Of a DNA stretch of 31,180 nt, positions 11,456-23,989 are shown piece after piece. Below the pieces are notes generated by a model. The model saw only the letters and a program-made list of their open reading frames with translations, did not search any database and was not told where the DNA came from. Each line of letters opens with the position of its first letter. The stretch's first letter is position 1. Source of the stretch: Octopus sinensis (lineage: Eukaryota); contig NW_021829681.1 in NCBI RefSeq assembly GCF_006345805.1, positions 1-31,180 of the forward strand, given 5' to 3'. A program made the translations under genes and the position numbers.

Positions 11456-12254
11456 AACACACATACGCACATATATACACCTAAATATACAGACATGCAT
11501 CTATTCATATATATGTGTGTGTTTATGGACAGACACATAATATATCTATGTGCTATAAGTGCAGATGTGTATGGTTTATATAAACGTATATCTGTGTAAG
11601 TGTATATGTAGGTATATGTATTTATGCGTATGACTTTCTGTCTACATAAATCCCATAATGCAAGAGTGCAACCATTAGTAACATGCACAAAATCCAACCC
11701 TCATAGACATAGACATACACAATACCATATATAGCAATACATACACACACGCAAGTATATATATTTATAGGTATATACATATATACCTATATGTATATAC
11801 ACATATATATGTATATATGTATATATGTATGTATATAGATACATACCAACTTATATATATATATATATATATATGCATGTAAAAGCACCCTGTGTAATTA
11901 TCACCAGAATATTTTAGGAAAGGACGCAGTCACTTCCAATTTTTCAGCGTAAGAATTTTCGCCATCTTACTTGATAATTATCCGATACCATCAAAACCGA
12001 TTCGTGTAACATTGCAAATAAGAAGGAAATTTCTGTAAGAAATTTTTCCCACGTTCTTAACTTTTATTCACTTCTAACCACTAATTATATTGTTGATAAA
12101 CACCGTTATTTTGTCCCCGCAAATATTCTACCAATGCCTGCCTGCCCACCAACAAAGGCAGACATGCAGATATATACGTAGCCAATCGCATTCAGATATG
12201 CTCAAAATACTAGTGCATGCATGCACATATACATATACACGCACACCACGCATA

Positions 12255-12260
12255 TATAAG

Positions 12261-12333
<73 letters not shown>

Positions 12334-12540
12334 ATATATATATATATATATATAAGGAGATAATGTGCTCACACGTCTTATTGGTGAGCAAAACATAAAT
12401 CATGAAGCATAAAGCCTCGGCTCCGTCCCTGCCGCCCTCTATCTCTCTCTTTCTGCTTTGCTTTATCTTATTTTGCTCATTCTTTATTCGTTCTTGCAAT
12501 ATATCCATATATACATACACATATATGCATATATATATGC

Positions 12541-12592
<52 letters not shown>

Positions 12593-12635
12593 GCATATAT
12601 ATAATATATATATATATATATACACCTATATATAT

Positions 12636-12668
<33 letters not shown>

Positions 12669-13032
12669 TACACCTATATATATATACATATGTCTATGTG
12701 TGTCTGCCCCTATGTGTGTGTATTAGTGTGTCTGTGTGTTTGTACACGTAGACCCGCACAAACATATTCATATATAAAAATATGAATACACGGCATATAT
12801 ATTTATGTGTTTATATGTTTATATATCTTTGTATATTAGTTTATTTATCATTTATGTATGCATATACATATATATTCAAGCATAAATATAAATAAATGTG
12901 TATATTTATATTTGTCTTCATATACATATATATATATATGTATATATGTATGTATGTGTTATATATATGTATATAGATGTACATATATATATGTAATATA
13001 TATATATATATAATATATATTATAACGCATAA

Positions 13033-13064
<32 letters not shown>

Positions 13065-13160
13065 GTGCATAATATATATAATATGTGTATATATAATATA
13101 TATGATATATACATATGTGCATATAAGTATGTATGTATATATATATATATATATATTATA

Positions 13161-13191
<31 letters not shown>

Positions 13192-13195
13192 AATA
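12255..13195. repeat. Compound (TA)n-rich microsatellite field
   Basis: Directly visible; source of the Y/I-rich ORFs. Confidence 0.9.
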
Positions 13196-13559
13196 CGTAG
13201 CAATCGCTCAATAACGAGAATGACCATTCCTTTTTAATGAGCCGCAATGTAAATTTGGTCCCTTTTTTTTTTTAACGCTTTTGAAGCAAGCTGATGATTT
13301 GCAGCCTATACCGCAGTCATCACATAAATCTCTCTTTCTCTCAGCTCTATGTAACTCCACGTTGTGACATTTGGCCTCGTGTATAAAGAAGTGCCTTTGC
13401 AAACCGCTACTAGAAAGATTACATTGGTTATACGATCGGTCGACGTGTGTTCTTCCGTATGATTTATTGTTAGCTTTCTGAATGGTTAACAAGTCCGAAC
13501 TTCGAAAGACAAATTCGATTTCATGGTGAGCATTTTGAAGGATTATTAATTTGTATGAA

Positions 13560-14035
13560 GCTTTGAAAGCCACATTCTCACTACCATTCCAATGCGCTCT
13601 TTTCTCTACACAGTCATATCTGCGCTTTACTCGTTTTATGCTAGCATACTGCACTCACACAAACTGTGATTTATACTCTCGTCTTCTTTTCTGCAGATTT
13701 TACATATGCTGTCTGACTGTGTTTTGTTGATCTTTGCCTATATCAGATTTGTTCTAATATTTTTGTTCCTGAGCAGCTAAAATTAGCATTTCGGTCTTTC
13801 GTTTCAAGATACCGTCCGCCAGCCAAAGCCAACGGGCTTCCCTTTCAGCATTTTGGGATTGTTGCATGATTTGAGCATTTCTTTCCATTTGTTCCTCGCG
13901 TTATTCTTCCTTTTTTATCTTTGAATTCTCCTACTGTTTGTTACATTTTTGGCATCTCTGGCTGTCGAAAGTATTCTTTCCTTACTCTGTACAACAACAT
14001 TTTTCATCCCCAATATCGCAGCACCAGCAGTGCCT
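13560..14035 (-). mobile_element. R4/Dong-like non-LTR retrotransposon fragment (zinc knuckle region), frameshifted
   Basis: Minus-strand translation across frameshifts: KWKEM...WLWLADGILKRKTEMLILAAQEQ...AKINKTQSDSICKICRKEDESINHSLCEC...KRRYDCVEKRAHW = WL..G.LK.ETE..I.AAQ.Q / CCHC / RHD.V...HW motifs of R4-clade ORFs. Confidence 0.85.
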
Positions 14036-14094
14036 TTCATCATTATCATCATCATCATCATCATCATCATCATTATCATTATTATTATTATTTT

Positions 14095-14440
14095 ATCAGC
14101 TCAAGCTTTGTTGGAAATCCTGGAGTCTTGCATGCATAACGGGTGTACCACCTTCAGCCTATGGTACCATGCTATCTCTTCTTTTCATCTGTCTAATACT
14201 CTCCGTATTAGTCTGGCCGTGCCAAGAAGGCAAAACTTTTGTACCAGTTCTACTGGACACCCTATTCCTCTTCCTCTTCTTTATTCCTCTTGATTCGTTC
14301 TGAAACTGTCCCTAAGGACCCATTAGTACTTGACACTATCTTCACCTTCTTCAATTCGACATAGTTGGGCTCTTTTACACTTAAGATGATTGCGTGTATA
14401 TATTTTTTTCGCCTTATTTCTTGAGTATTCTTTGGTCAAA
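14095..14440 (-). mobile_element. R4/Dong-like non-LTR retrotransposon 3' end with 3'UTR
   Basis: Minus strand: KKVKIV..GSLGTVS...VELVQKFCLLGTARLIRRVLDR* (14253-14185), the typical RLE C-terminus, then ~90-bp UTR running into (TAA)/(TGA)n at 14040-14093. Confidence 0.85.
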
Positions 14441-14464
14441 GCAACACGCAACATCGATTGTATA

Positions 14465-14720
14465 GTACGTATTTAGCGGTATTTCATCCGTCTTTACGTT
14501 TTGAGTTCAAATTCCACCGAGGTCGACTTTGACTTTCATCCTTTCGGGCTCAATAAATTCAGTACCAATGAAACGCTGGGTTCGATGTAATCGACTAGAC
14601 CCCAAATTTCAATTCTCCCCAAAATTTCAATTCTTCTGTCCTTAGCAGAAAGTATTATGACGAGCTGGCAGGAACGCTAGCATCCCCACAAATTTCGGGC
14701 CTTGTGCCTAGAGTAGAAAA
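14465..14720 (+). mobile_element. Family D SINE (truncated) plus an internally deleted second copy
   Basis: gagttcaaattccaccgaggtcgactttgactttcatcctttcggg...agtacc; then head gacgagctggcaggaacgctagca joined to tail ccttgtgcctagagtagaaaa. Confidence 0.8.
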
Positions 14721-14757
14721 TATTATTATTATCATGCTCTGATGACAAATAAAAGGC

Positions 14758-14781
14758 TACAATAATAATAATAATAATATA

Positions 14782-14825
<44 letters not shown>

Positions 14826-14955
14826 CATCATCATCATCATTATTATTATTATATTATATTATTATTATTATTATTATATTATTATTATTATTATTATTAT
14901 TATTGTTATTACTATCATTATTAATATTACAGTTGTTGTTGTTGTTGTTGCTGTT
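14758..14955. repeat. (ATT)n/(GTT)n array
   Basis: Directly visible. Confidence 0.95.
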
Positions 14956-15289
14956 ATAAGGAGTCTGAGTAAATCTTAATACAATAGCAGAAGCCGAATC
15001 CGGAAGATGTTTTAAAAATGTCTCATACACTCCGTAATATTTTTTAATAACTTGCGTGCTATCACTCCATTGTTAATTCAAATATTACCCAGCTCTTTCT
15101 ACACAAATAAATATATCTACGCCTACATATATCTTTCGATGCTATTGTTTTCTGAAAAACTAGGTAATCCTCGTAGTTCTATGCATGGGAATAATTGACA
15201 ATGTTATTTTGATGCTTAGGACCTCCCATTAGAAAAGAAACTCATACACATCAAATCCATACATGTTATATAGGTGTATGCGTGTGTGT

Positions 15290-15320
<31 letters not shown>

Positions 15321-15322
15321 CA

Positions 15323-15363
<41 letters not shown>

Positions 15364-15443
15364 TGTCTGTGTGTGTATGATTTCGAAAAGGTTCAGAGAA
15401 GTTGATGTATACACACACACAAACACACACACACACACATACA

Positions 15444-15479
<36 letters not shown>

Positions 15480-15510
15480 ATACGCACACACTCATATGTA
15501 TGTGTCGATT

Positions 15511-15893
15511 GTGGAGGCGCAATGGCCCAGTGGTTAGGGCAGCGGACTTGCGGTCGTAGGATCGTGGTTTCGATTCCCAGACCGGGCGTTGTGAGTGTTT
15601 ATTGAACGAAAACACCTAAAGTTCCACAAGGCTCCGGCAGGGATGGTGGTGATCCCTGCTGTACTCTTTCACCACAACTTTCTCTCACTCTTACTTCCTG
15701 TTTCTGTTGTACCTGTATTTCAAAGGGCCGGCCTTGTCACTCTCTGTGTCACGCTGAACATCTCCGAGAACTACGTTAAGGGTACACGTGTATGTGGAGT
15801 GCTCAGCCACTTACACGTTAATTTCACGAGCAGGCTGTTCCGTTGATTCGGATCAACCGGAACCCTCGTCGTCGTAACCGACGGAGTTCTTCC
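15511..15893 (+). mobile_element. Family B tRNA-derived SINE, full length, 11-bp TSD
   Basis: A-box TGGCCCAGTGG (15523-33), B-box GTTTCGATTCC (15567-77); TSD ATGTGTCGATT at 15500-15510 and 15894-15904. Confidence 0.93.
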
Positions 15894-16226
15894 ATGTGTC
15901 GATTCTCCGAACCTTTTCGAAATCTTCTGTTTCGTTACCGTTTTCTTTATGTCTTTGATTTTCTGCTCATCAAGGAATTCAGCCATTTTCTCTCAGTTTC
16001 GGATTTTAGAAATTTTGGTTTAAACTTTCCTACATTCTTGACAGCAGCGGTTCGGCGCAAGTAAACGATAGAATAAGTATCAAACATTACAAAAACAATA
16101 AGTTCTGGGATATTCGTTCCACTACAAATTGAAATCACAGCCTCAGCTCGGTTTCAGTCTAATAACCGAAAAAAGGATTTCAAAAAAATTAATTAATCAA
16201 ATAATATATATATATATATATATCAA

Positions 16227-16369
16227 TTAGCGGTTCGGCAAAAGAGACCGATAGAATAAGTACTGGGCTTACAAAGAATAAGTCCCGGGGTCGATTTCCT
16301 CGACTAAAGGCGGTGCTCCAGCATGGCCACAGTCAAATGACTGAAACAAGTAAAAGAGTAAAAGAGTAA
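16227..16369 (+). mobile_element. Family A SINE 3' half
   Basis: ttagcggttcggcaaaagagaccgatag...gactgaaacaagtaaaagagtaaaagagtaa; another degenerate piece at ~16044-16110. Confidence 0.9.
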
Positions 16370-16370
16370 T

Positions 16371-16826
16371 TGGCGCAAGAATGACTGTGTGGTAAGTAGC
16401 TTGCTTATCTACCACATGGTTCTGGGTTCAGTCCCACTGCGTAGCAACTTGGGCAAGTGTCTTCTGCTATAGCCTCGGGCCAACCAAAGCGTTGTGAGTG
16501 GAACTTTCGGTAACGGAACTGAAAGAAGACCGTCTATATATAGTATATATATATATAATATATGTGTGTGTGTGTGTTGTGTGTGTGTGTATTGTATGTA
16601 TTTGTTATTTGCGTCTGTGTTTGTCCCTCCACCATTGCTTGACAACCGATGTTGGTGTGTTTACGTCCCTGTAACTCAGCGGTTAGGCAAAAGAGACCGA
16701 TAGGATAAGTACGAGGCTTACAAAGAATAAGTCCAGAGGGTCGATTTGTTCGACTAAACGGCGGTGCTCCAGCATGTCCGCTGTCAAATAACTGAAACAA
16801 ATTAAAGAATAAAAGAATAAAAGAAT
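16371..16826 (+). mobile_element. Family A SINE, full length, directly abutting the previous copy
   Basis: A-box-like TGACTGTGTGG (16382-92), B-box GGTTCAGTCCC (16425-35), cttgggcaagtgtcttct, microsatellite, tail. Confidence 0.92.
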
Positions 16827-17298
16827 TCAATAACTATACTGCTATTATCTCTAGAAACTTCAATGATGTCCGAGAGAAAGAATAATAAAATTTTCTACAA
16901 GTTTATCTGATTAATCCTGGCTGTCCTTTAGTCCTGCTATATTAAAGCACGTATCGTGCGTCCTGGATTGATATTTGAGACAATAAATTATCGCCCTTGA
17001 CCTTGACAGTTAAATTCAGCCATTACAATCTACTCTACACTTTTCATTCACACCATTAGTTCACCATAACAATGGTACCATATTCGGTATTAAATGGTGT
17101 ATTCCTCCTCTTCTCCCTTCGCTCCATCTTTTTCATTGATTTATTTTTCTTCCTTTTTAACTAATACATGCTTTTCTCTGTTTCTTTGTCAGTGTGTGTG
17201 TCCTCCATTTCCTCGTTTTGTTACTGTCGTCTGCTCTGTTCAATTTGACCATGATCCTATTTAGCGTTATTTCAATGTCCTTAACCTTACTTAGCTTC

Positions 17299-17662
17299 AC
17301 TACTGCTAATACTGCCGTTGCTGCTACTGCTGCTGTGACTAATACTACTACCACCACACCACCACCACCACCACCACCACTACTACTACAACTACTGCTA
17401 CTACTGCAACTGCTACTACTACTACTTCTACTGCTACTACCACCACCACCACCACTACCACCACCATTACAACTACTACTTCTACTACTACTACCACCAC
17501 CTCTATTACAACTACTACTATTTCTACTACTACCATTATCACTACTACTACTACCACTACCACCACCACCACCACTACTTCTACTACTACCATCACAACT
17601 ACCACTACTACTACTACTACTATTTCTGCTCCTACCACTACAATTTCTACTACTACCACTAT

Positions 17663-17712
<50 letters not shown>

Positions 17713-17780
17713 TTACTACTACTACTACTACTACCACCACTACCACAACCACCACCACCACCACAACCACTACTACTACT
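17299..17780. repeat. Degenerate (CTA)n/(CCA)n array
   Basis: Directly visible; source of the poly-Leu/Pro/Val ORFs. Confidence 0.95.
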
Positions 17781-18329
17781 TCATAAAGGAAGAGAGAGAG
17801 AGAGAGAGAGAGGGAGAGAGGGAGAGAGAGGGAGAGAGAGAGACAGACAGACAAACAGACAGACTACCTGAAGACTATGGAAATATTTACTTATTTAAAG
17901 ACTATGGAAATATCTACAAAACATTTCACTTAATTTTTTTTTCTCCAATTTAATTGTTTTCCTTTGTTGAAAAAGTCTAAAAGGCGGAAACCGGTATTAA
18001 AATGTATATATATATATATATATATATATACTGATATACTCAGATGTGTGTGTGTGTACGAGCGTATGTGTGCGTGTGTTTGTGTGTGTGTATTTGTGCG
18101 GATGTTGCTCCACATGATCTCCGCCAACGAAATTCTCATACAAGTCATTGCCCGACCTGGTCCTGTAAGCAGAAGACGTTTACCCTAGGTGCTTCGCCGT
18201 CCGGCTCAACCCAAAACTACTCGATTGCAAAGCGAGTTTCTAAACCACACAATTACGTCTGGGTCAACATTTGAAATAACACACAATAAAACAGAAATGT
18301 TATTGTGGTACGATAGAAGAAGAAACAAA

Positions 18330-18700
18330 AAGTTTAAAACTCAGGCGCATTTTCGGCACTTGATGCTTTGGGAACCAGACAAAAATTGCTGCAACTCGGC
18401 TGGGATGTGTTACCCCACCTTCCATATTCACCAGATATTGCTCCTTCGGATTTCCACTTATTCAGGTCTTAATGGTAAAAATTTCACTTCCTTGGATGAC
18501 GTAAAATGATACCTTGATGAATTCTTTGCCATAAAACCACCTCAGTTCTGGGAAGAGGGTATTTTCAAGTGAAAGGAATGATGGAGACGCATTGAGCAAC
18601 AAAACGGTTCATATTTGGTTGATTAAAAATGTAATGGCAAGTATTTATTGACCTTTTTCCTTCCTTTAAAATTCGGCACGAACTTTTGGGACAACCCAAT
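18330..18700 (+). mobile_element. Internally deleted mariner transposon remnant
   Basis: N-terminal HFRHLML fused out of frame to [32 protein letters not shown] (YSPD at 18425)...NGKNFTSLDDVK*YLDEFF...WRRIEQQNGSYLVD*; right TIR-like cggcacgaacttttgggacaacccaat. Confidence 0.92.
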
Positions 18701-19444
18701 TTAAAGGTATAGTACAGAATCTGGTTTCGTCATCCATCAATCTATTTAGTTATGCGTCTCAAATATCATCTAGGGTGTAAAAAGGTAAAAAGATTGATTG
18801 ACAAATTAGCTTCAAACCTTAAGTGGGTTCAAACTGTGGCTATACGAGAACCAAAATATATTACATTGGTCGAGTTGTGTTTTAAAATATGATAGCCATT
18901 AGCCTATTTGTTAAAAGACAAAACGATTAAAGTAATGGCGTCCAAGTGGCATATATCACCCAGCGAAGCATTGCGTTCTTGTTGTATCACATACAATGAT
19001 AGATTTGCAGGTTTTCCGTGATAATAGACAGGGGAACATATTCGTCGCTTCCTAAAACTCTTAGTCTGGGATTTGATTTCAACCCTTAGTTTAGAAGTGA
19101 TAAATTATAGTATCAAATCTCCGAAATTCTAATTAAATCAAAACTTACAAACCAAAAGGAGTGGCATAAAAATACAAAAATATATATAAAAAAAAGAGTA
19201 AATCTTATAAAACAAAGTGAACGAACAAATATAATATTTCCTATGTTGTGTGTATATATTTTCTATACACGCTCAAACATATATGCGTATACATGCAGAC
19301 ATACATAAATATATACATATATATGCACATATACACACACAAATACATACATGCATATATATATATATAAGAATATATCCATAGAATAGGTATAAATATC
19401 TACATAAACGGATTCGTATTTAAACGTATACTTATACATACGTA

Positions 19445-19482
<38 letters not shown>

Positions 19483-19540
19483 ATATATATATATATATAA
19501 TATATATATATATACATATACATATACATATATGTATGTA

Positions 19541-19579
<39 letters not shown>

Positions 19580-19864
19580 ATATGTATATATATGTATATA
19601 TATATATATATGCGTATGTATGTATAAGTGTATATATATCAAGGGCCACGTGTTTCGTGTGTTAAATGTGTCACATTGAAGTGTTTTGTTAACTTGAAAA
19701 TTACGGTATATTGGTTTACACAACATATTGAGTACTCTTATTACATATGTGCGCCATCCCAAACGTATGAATACGTGCATACACGCATACACACACACGC
19801 ATATACATGTCTATATACACATGAACACATACTCACACACAGACTTACGCACATACATATGTAT

Positions 19865-19925
19865 GGTGCTCCAGCAGGGCCGCAGTCAAATGACTGAAAC
19901 AAGTAAAAGAGTAAAAAAAGAGTAA
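19865..19925 (+). mobile_element. Family A SINE tail only
   Basis: ggtgctccagcagggccgcagtcaaatgactgaaacaagtaaaagag. Confidence 0.85.
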
Positions 19926-19934
19926 GATCTTTTG

Positions 19935-20135
19935 TCTGCTATCCTTCGCTGTTTCAGTCATTGGACTGTGACCACGTGACCATGTTATTGCAACGATTTG
20001 AAAAGCGTTAATCGAAAATGTCCAACACAGTACTTTTAAGCTAGATACTTATCATTTGCTGAGCCACTCGCTTGCGAGACGTAAACAAACCAACAACGGT
20101 TGATTACAAGTGGTGGAAACAAACACAAGCACAAA
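19935..20135 (-). mobile_element. Family A SINE 3' half, strongly diverged
   Basis: tgtttcagtcattggactgtgacc...gacgtaaacaaaccaacaacggttg. Confidence 0.6.
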
Positions 20136-20156
20136 GAAAAGCACACATGCATATAC

Positions 20157-20322
<166 letters not shown>

Positions 20323-20679
20323 TAAAACTATAAATTAGGGTATCTGAGAGATACCACCATGCTGAAATAGCAGTCAAAACCCTGACCCTAACCCCGCCCT
20401 AAATGTCCACATAACGCTAGGAGAGAAGACAGAGAGACAAAATAAACTAGCAAAAAGAGATTTTACTGGATAATTCAAGATCCTGGATTTCTGACTTTGT
20501 TTCAGAGAAGCTCTGCCTTCTTCAGCTGAATATACCAGATAGGCACATAAATATTCACTGCGGTATATATATATATATAATATATATATATATACACACC
20601 GAGGGAGAAAGAGGGGGAGTGATAGAGAGAGACGAATGACTTCTTTCATTTTAAGACAATAATAAAATTTCGTCAGCAA

Positions 20680-20815
20680 GATCTACTCAAAAGGTTTTAT
20701 TCGGCGCGGGACTATGGTGGATGACACATCTCCAAAGTGCCAGGCAGTTGGCTTGAACCGGGAACCCTGAGGTCGGCAAGCAAACTTCTTACCACACTGC
20801 CTCGCTCATGTCTAT
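20680..20815 (-). mobile_element. Family A SINE head, diverged
   Basis: gactatggtggatgacacatctccaaagtgcc...ttgaaccgggaacc...cttcttaccacactgcc. Confidence 0.6.
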
Positions 20816-21596
20816 CTCCCCTTCTTCCTGTCTCTCCTGTCCAACTTCTTTATATAACCATTATTTGTTTAATGCCTTAGGTAAACAATTAATTTGGATT
20901 TTTTTGTTAGCCAAAAGCGTTTGTGAACTTTCCAAGATATTGAGTAAACGTTCGACTCTTTTGTTGATTAGATATGTAACCAAGTAACTAACTCTAAAGA
21001 AGTGATATCGAACCAACGCGTGTGTTTATGATTATTATTGGTGTAACAACCCTCCCAATACACAACAAGATTTGTTTCAACGCAGGAATTCACATAAAAA
21101 ATCTTGCAAACCAAATATTCAAAAGGAATTTTAAAATCCTTATGGAACAAAGAGAATGACTGAATCTCGTGACCCCGGCTGAAGACCCCTGTAGAAGGTA
21201 TGTTAATTGACTTTTATCATTATTAAGGATCAGTCCTGAAGTGCGATCTGCGTGAAAGATAACAACCCAAGATAGCTGCGAATTTCAGAATGTTGCAATT
21301 CTTTTCAAATTAGAACGCTGCCAACTACGTTATTATCATTAGTTCCGTTTATATTTAACGAGATGAAACTAATTAATTATTTTACTTTAGTCGTGGGTTT
21401 TGTAAAAAAAAAATGTGGTTATCGGTTATTTCATGAAAACAATTCTCAGTGTTTTGTTATTCATTCCAAAATCCAACCTAAGATTTGGTGATGGGGGTGG
21501 GGAGTATTCTTCGTTGAAGTATTCCAGGAATTTCTCCAAAATTTTTAATATTTTTATATGATATGGTTGAATGGTAGATTCTGAGTTTGTTCTTCA

Positions 21597-21600
<4 letters not shown>

Positions 21601-21627
<27 letters not shown>

Positions 21628-21773
21628 AATGAGGATGATGATGATGATGACGACGACAGCGACAATGATGCGACGACGACCACCACCACCACCACGATAA
21701 TGACGATGATGACGATGATGATGATGGTGATGATGACAGTGATGATGCTGCTGATGATGAGGATGATGATGGT

Positions 21774-21806
<33 letters not shown>

Positions 21807-21845
21807 GGATGATGAGGATGATGATGATGATGGTTGATGGTGATG

Positions 21846-21877
<32 letters not shown>

Positions 21878-22626
21878 GGTGATGATGATGATGATGATGG
21901 TGATGGTGGTGACAATGATGGTGATGATGATGATGATGATGATGACGGCGACGACGGTGACGATGATGATGACGACAACGATGACAACAATAACCATGAT
22001 GGTGATAATGATGATGGTGGTGGTGTAAGTGGTGGTCACGGCGGCGAGGACGACGATTATGATGATCAGGAATTGGAGAAAAAGGGGGTTAATGGGTATA
22101 GTGGTATCAGGGGTTGTTGTTGTTATTGTTGTTTGTTGTTGTTGTTTTGGTGGTGGTGGTGGTGGTGGTGCAGCTGCTTCTGCTGCTGGTAGTGGTAATG
22201 GTGCTTGGGATAACGACGACAACAATGAAAGCAACAATTATGTTCCCTTAGAACAGGACCACGACGACGACGACTAGGACAATGGTGATCTTCATGATGA
22301 TGTGAATGATGACAATGATGACGATGATGAGGATAACGACAATGACTACGACGACGATGATAACAACGGTGGCAGTTTCGGTGGTTTTCGTAGATTCTGT
22401 GAAGACGATGACGTCAGCGATCACGACAGCGTCGATGACGTGGATTACGAGCATGCGCCTACGAAAAAAAGATGGCGTCGATGGTAACAATATCGATCAC
22501 ACTGACCGTCAACATGATGTAGTTGATGAAGTTGTTCTAGTTGTTGATGTTGATGATGATGATGATGAGGATGATGATGAGGATGATGATGATGAATGAT
22601 GATGATAACGACGACGATGATGATGG

Positions 22627-22678
<52 letters not shown>

Positions 22679-22730
22679 GATGATGATGATAACGACGACG
22701 ATGATGATGGTGATGATGATGATAGTGATG

Positions 22731-22762
<32 letters not shown>

Positions 22763-22860
22763 GATGATGACGACGGCGACGATGATGTTGTTGAAGATGA
22801 TGATGATGATGATGACGACGACGACGGTGGCGGCGATGACGAAGCCGACGATGGTGTCCC
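21601..22860. repeat. Degenerate (GAT)/(GAC)/(GGT)n arrays
   Basis: Directly visible, with short less-repetitive interruptions. Confidence 0.93.
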
Positions 22861-23164
22861 CTGATGGTGAAGATTTCGTGCAGCAGCCCCATGAACGTGG
22901 GTCTGTGAAATTTCAAGGGAGTTGATGACAAAAGTAACGGCAACAGGGGCTGTAATACGATGAGGTGTCAGGTTTAGGCAAGGAAGGGAGGAGGCGCGGG
23001 GTGGGGGATGAGGCTTCCATCTTGATAAGTCAGTAATGTGATGTTTAATTCAATGTCATTAATACCAAAGTCTGTCTTCTGGCGTTTCTTGGGAGTTTTA
23101 CACACAGCTGCTTGCACCCATGAATGTATGTATGTGTGTGTGTATGTATGTTTAAATCATAGCT

Positions 23165-23267
23165 GTTCCACTACGTGGTACCTTGGGCAAGTGTATTCTA
23201 CTATAGTCTCAGGACAACCAAAGACGTGTGAGTGGATTTGTTAGAGGGAAACAGAAAGAAGCCCGTC

Positions 23268-23345
<78 letters not shown>

Positions 23346-23548
23346 TGTGTGCGTGTTCCCCCACCATCGCTTGACAACGGATGCTGGTGTGTCTATATAG
23401 CCGTAACTTAGGGGTTCGGCAAAGAGGCCGATAAAATAAGTACTAGGCTTACAAAGAATAAGACCTGGGGTCGATTTCCTCGACTCAAAGGCGGTGTTCC
23501 AGCATGGCCGCAGTCAAATGACTGAAACAAGTAAAAGAATAAAAGAAT
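23165..23548 (+). mobile_element. Family A SINE, 5'-truncated
   Basis: ccactacgtggtaccttgggcaagtg...microsatellite...gactgaaacaagtaaaagaataaaagaat. Confidence 0.9.
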
Positions 23549-23577
23549 ATATATATATATATGTGTGTGTGTGCGCG

Positions 23578-23608
<31 letters not shown>

Positions 23609-23663
23609 TTGTGTATGTGTATGTATATATGTATGCATCTATGTATGTATGTATGTATATATA

Positions 23664-23938
23664 AGAAGTAAAGTAAAGGCCTCCTTTAGTCACGAATGAC
23701 CGTAGGACTGCACCTAGAAAGTTCTCCGAGGTACAAATCCGGGCAAGGTTCTTAATGGAAGACCAGCAGTCACCCTTGCATACCAGCCTCCATTCTCCAT
23801 GCCGCAGATGTTATCCAAGGTAAAAGGCAAAGGCCAATATAGCTTGGTTCCAGTGACGTCACAACTCATTTCTACAGCTGAGTGAACCGGAGCAACGTGA
23901 ACTAAAGTGTCTTGCTCAAGAACACAACACACAGCCCG
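23664..23938 (-). mobile_element. 5'-truncated SINE with CORE-like segment (family E)
   Basis: Minus strand tgtgttgtgttcttgagcaagacacttt...cactcagctgtagaaatgag resembles the CORE-SINE domain; tail cattcgtgactaaaggaggcctttactttac. Confidence 0.7.
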
Positions 23939-23989
23939 ATCTGGTTGTGTGTTCTACGCTCAAATCTCTGTACCATGCGCATATATTTA

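Noticed and set aside
13208-13654. 148-aa Cys-rich ORF as a host gene
   Set aside because: Its N-terminal part is the R4-like retrotransposon RHD motif; the remainder has no recognisable family
15511-15580. tRNA gene
   Set aside because: A/B boxes are present but it is the head of a SINE with a TSD and a second copy at 25398; no acceptor stem evident
17194-17871. 225-aa Leu/Pro-rich ORF resembling a membrane or proline-rich protein
   Set aside because: Translation of the (CTA)/(CCA) microsatellite
18189-18509. 106-aa ORF as a gene
   Set aside because: Chimeric frame across mariner deletion junctions; the real transposase motifs are in a different frame
21084-21203. Possible exon (cgcag| ... 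AG|GTATGT)
   Set aside because: Stops in all three frames; a non-coding exon cannot be supported without transcript data
21478-22943. Many overlapping ORFs (poly-D/M/H/I/S)
   Set aside because: Trinucleotide repeat artefacts; multiple frames and both strands are open
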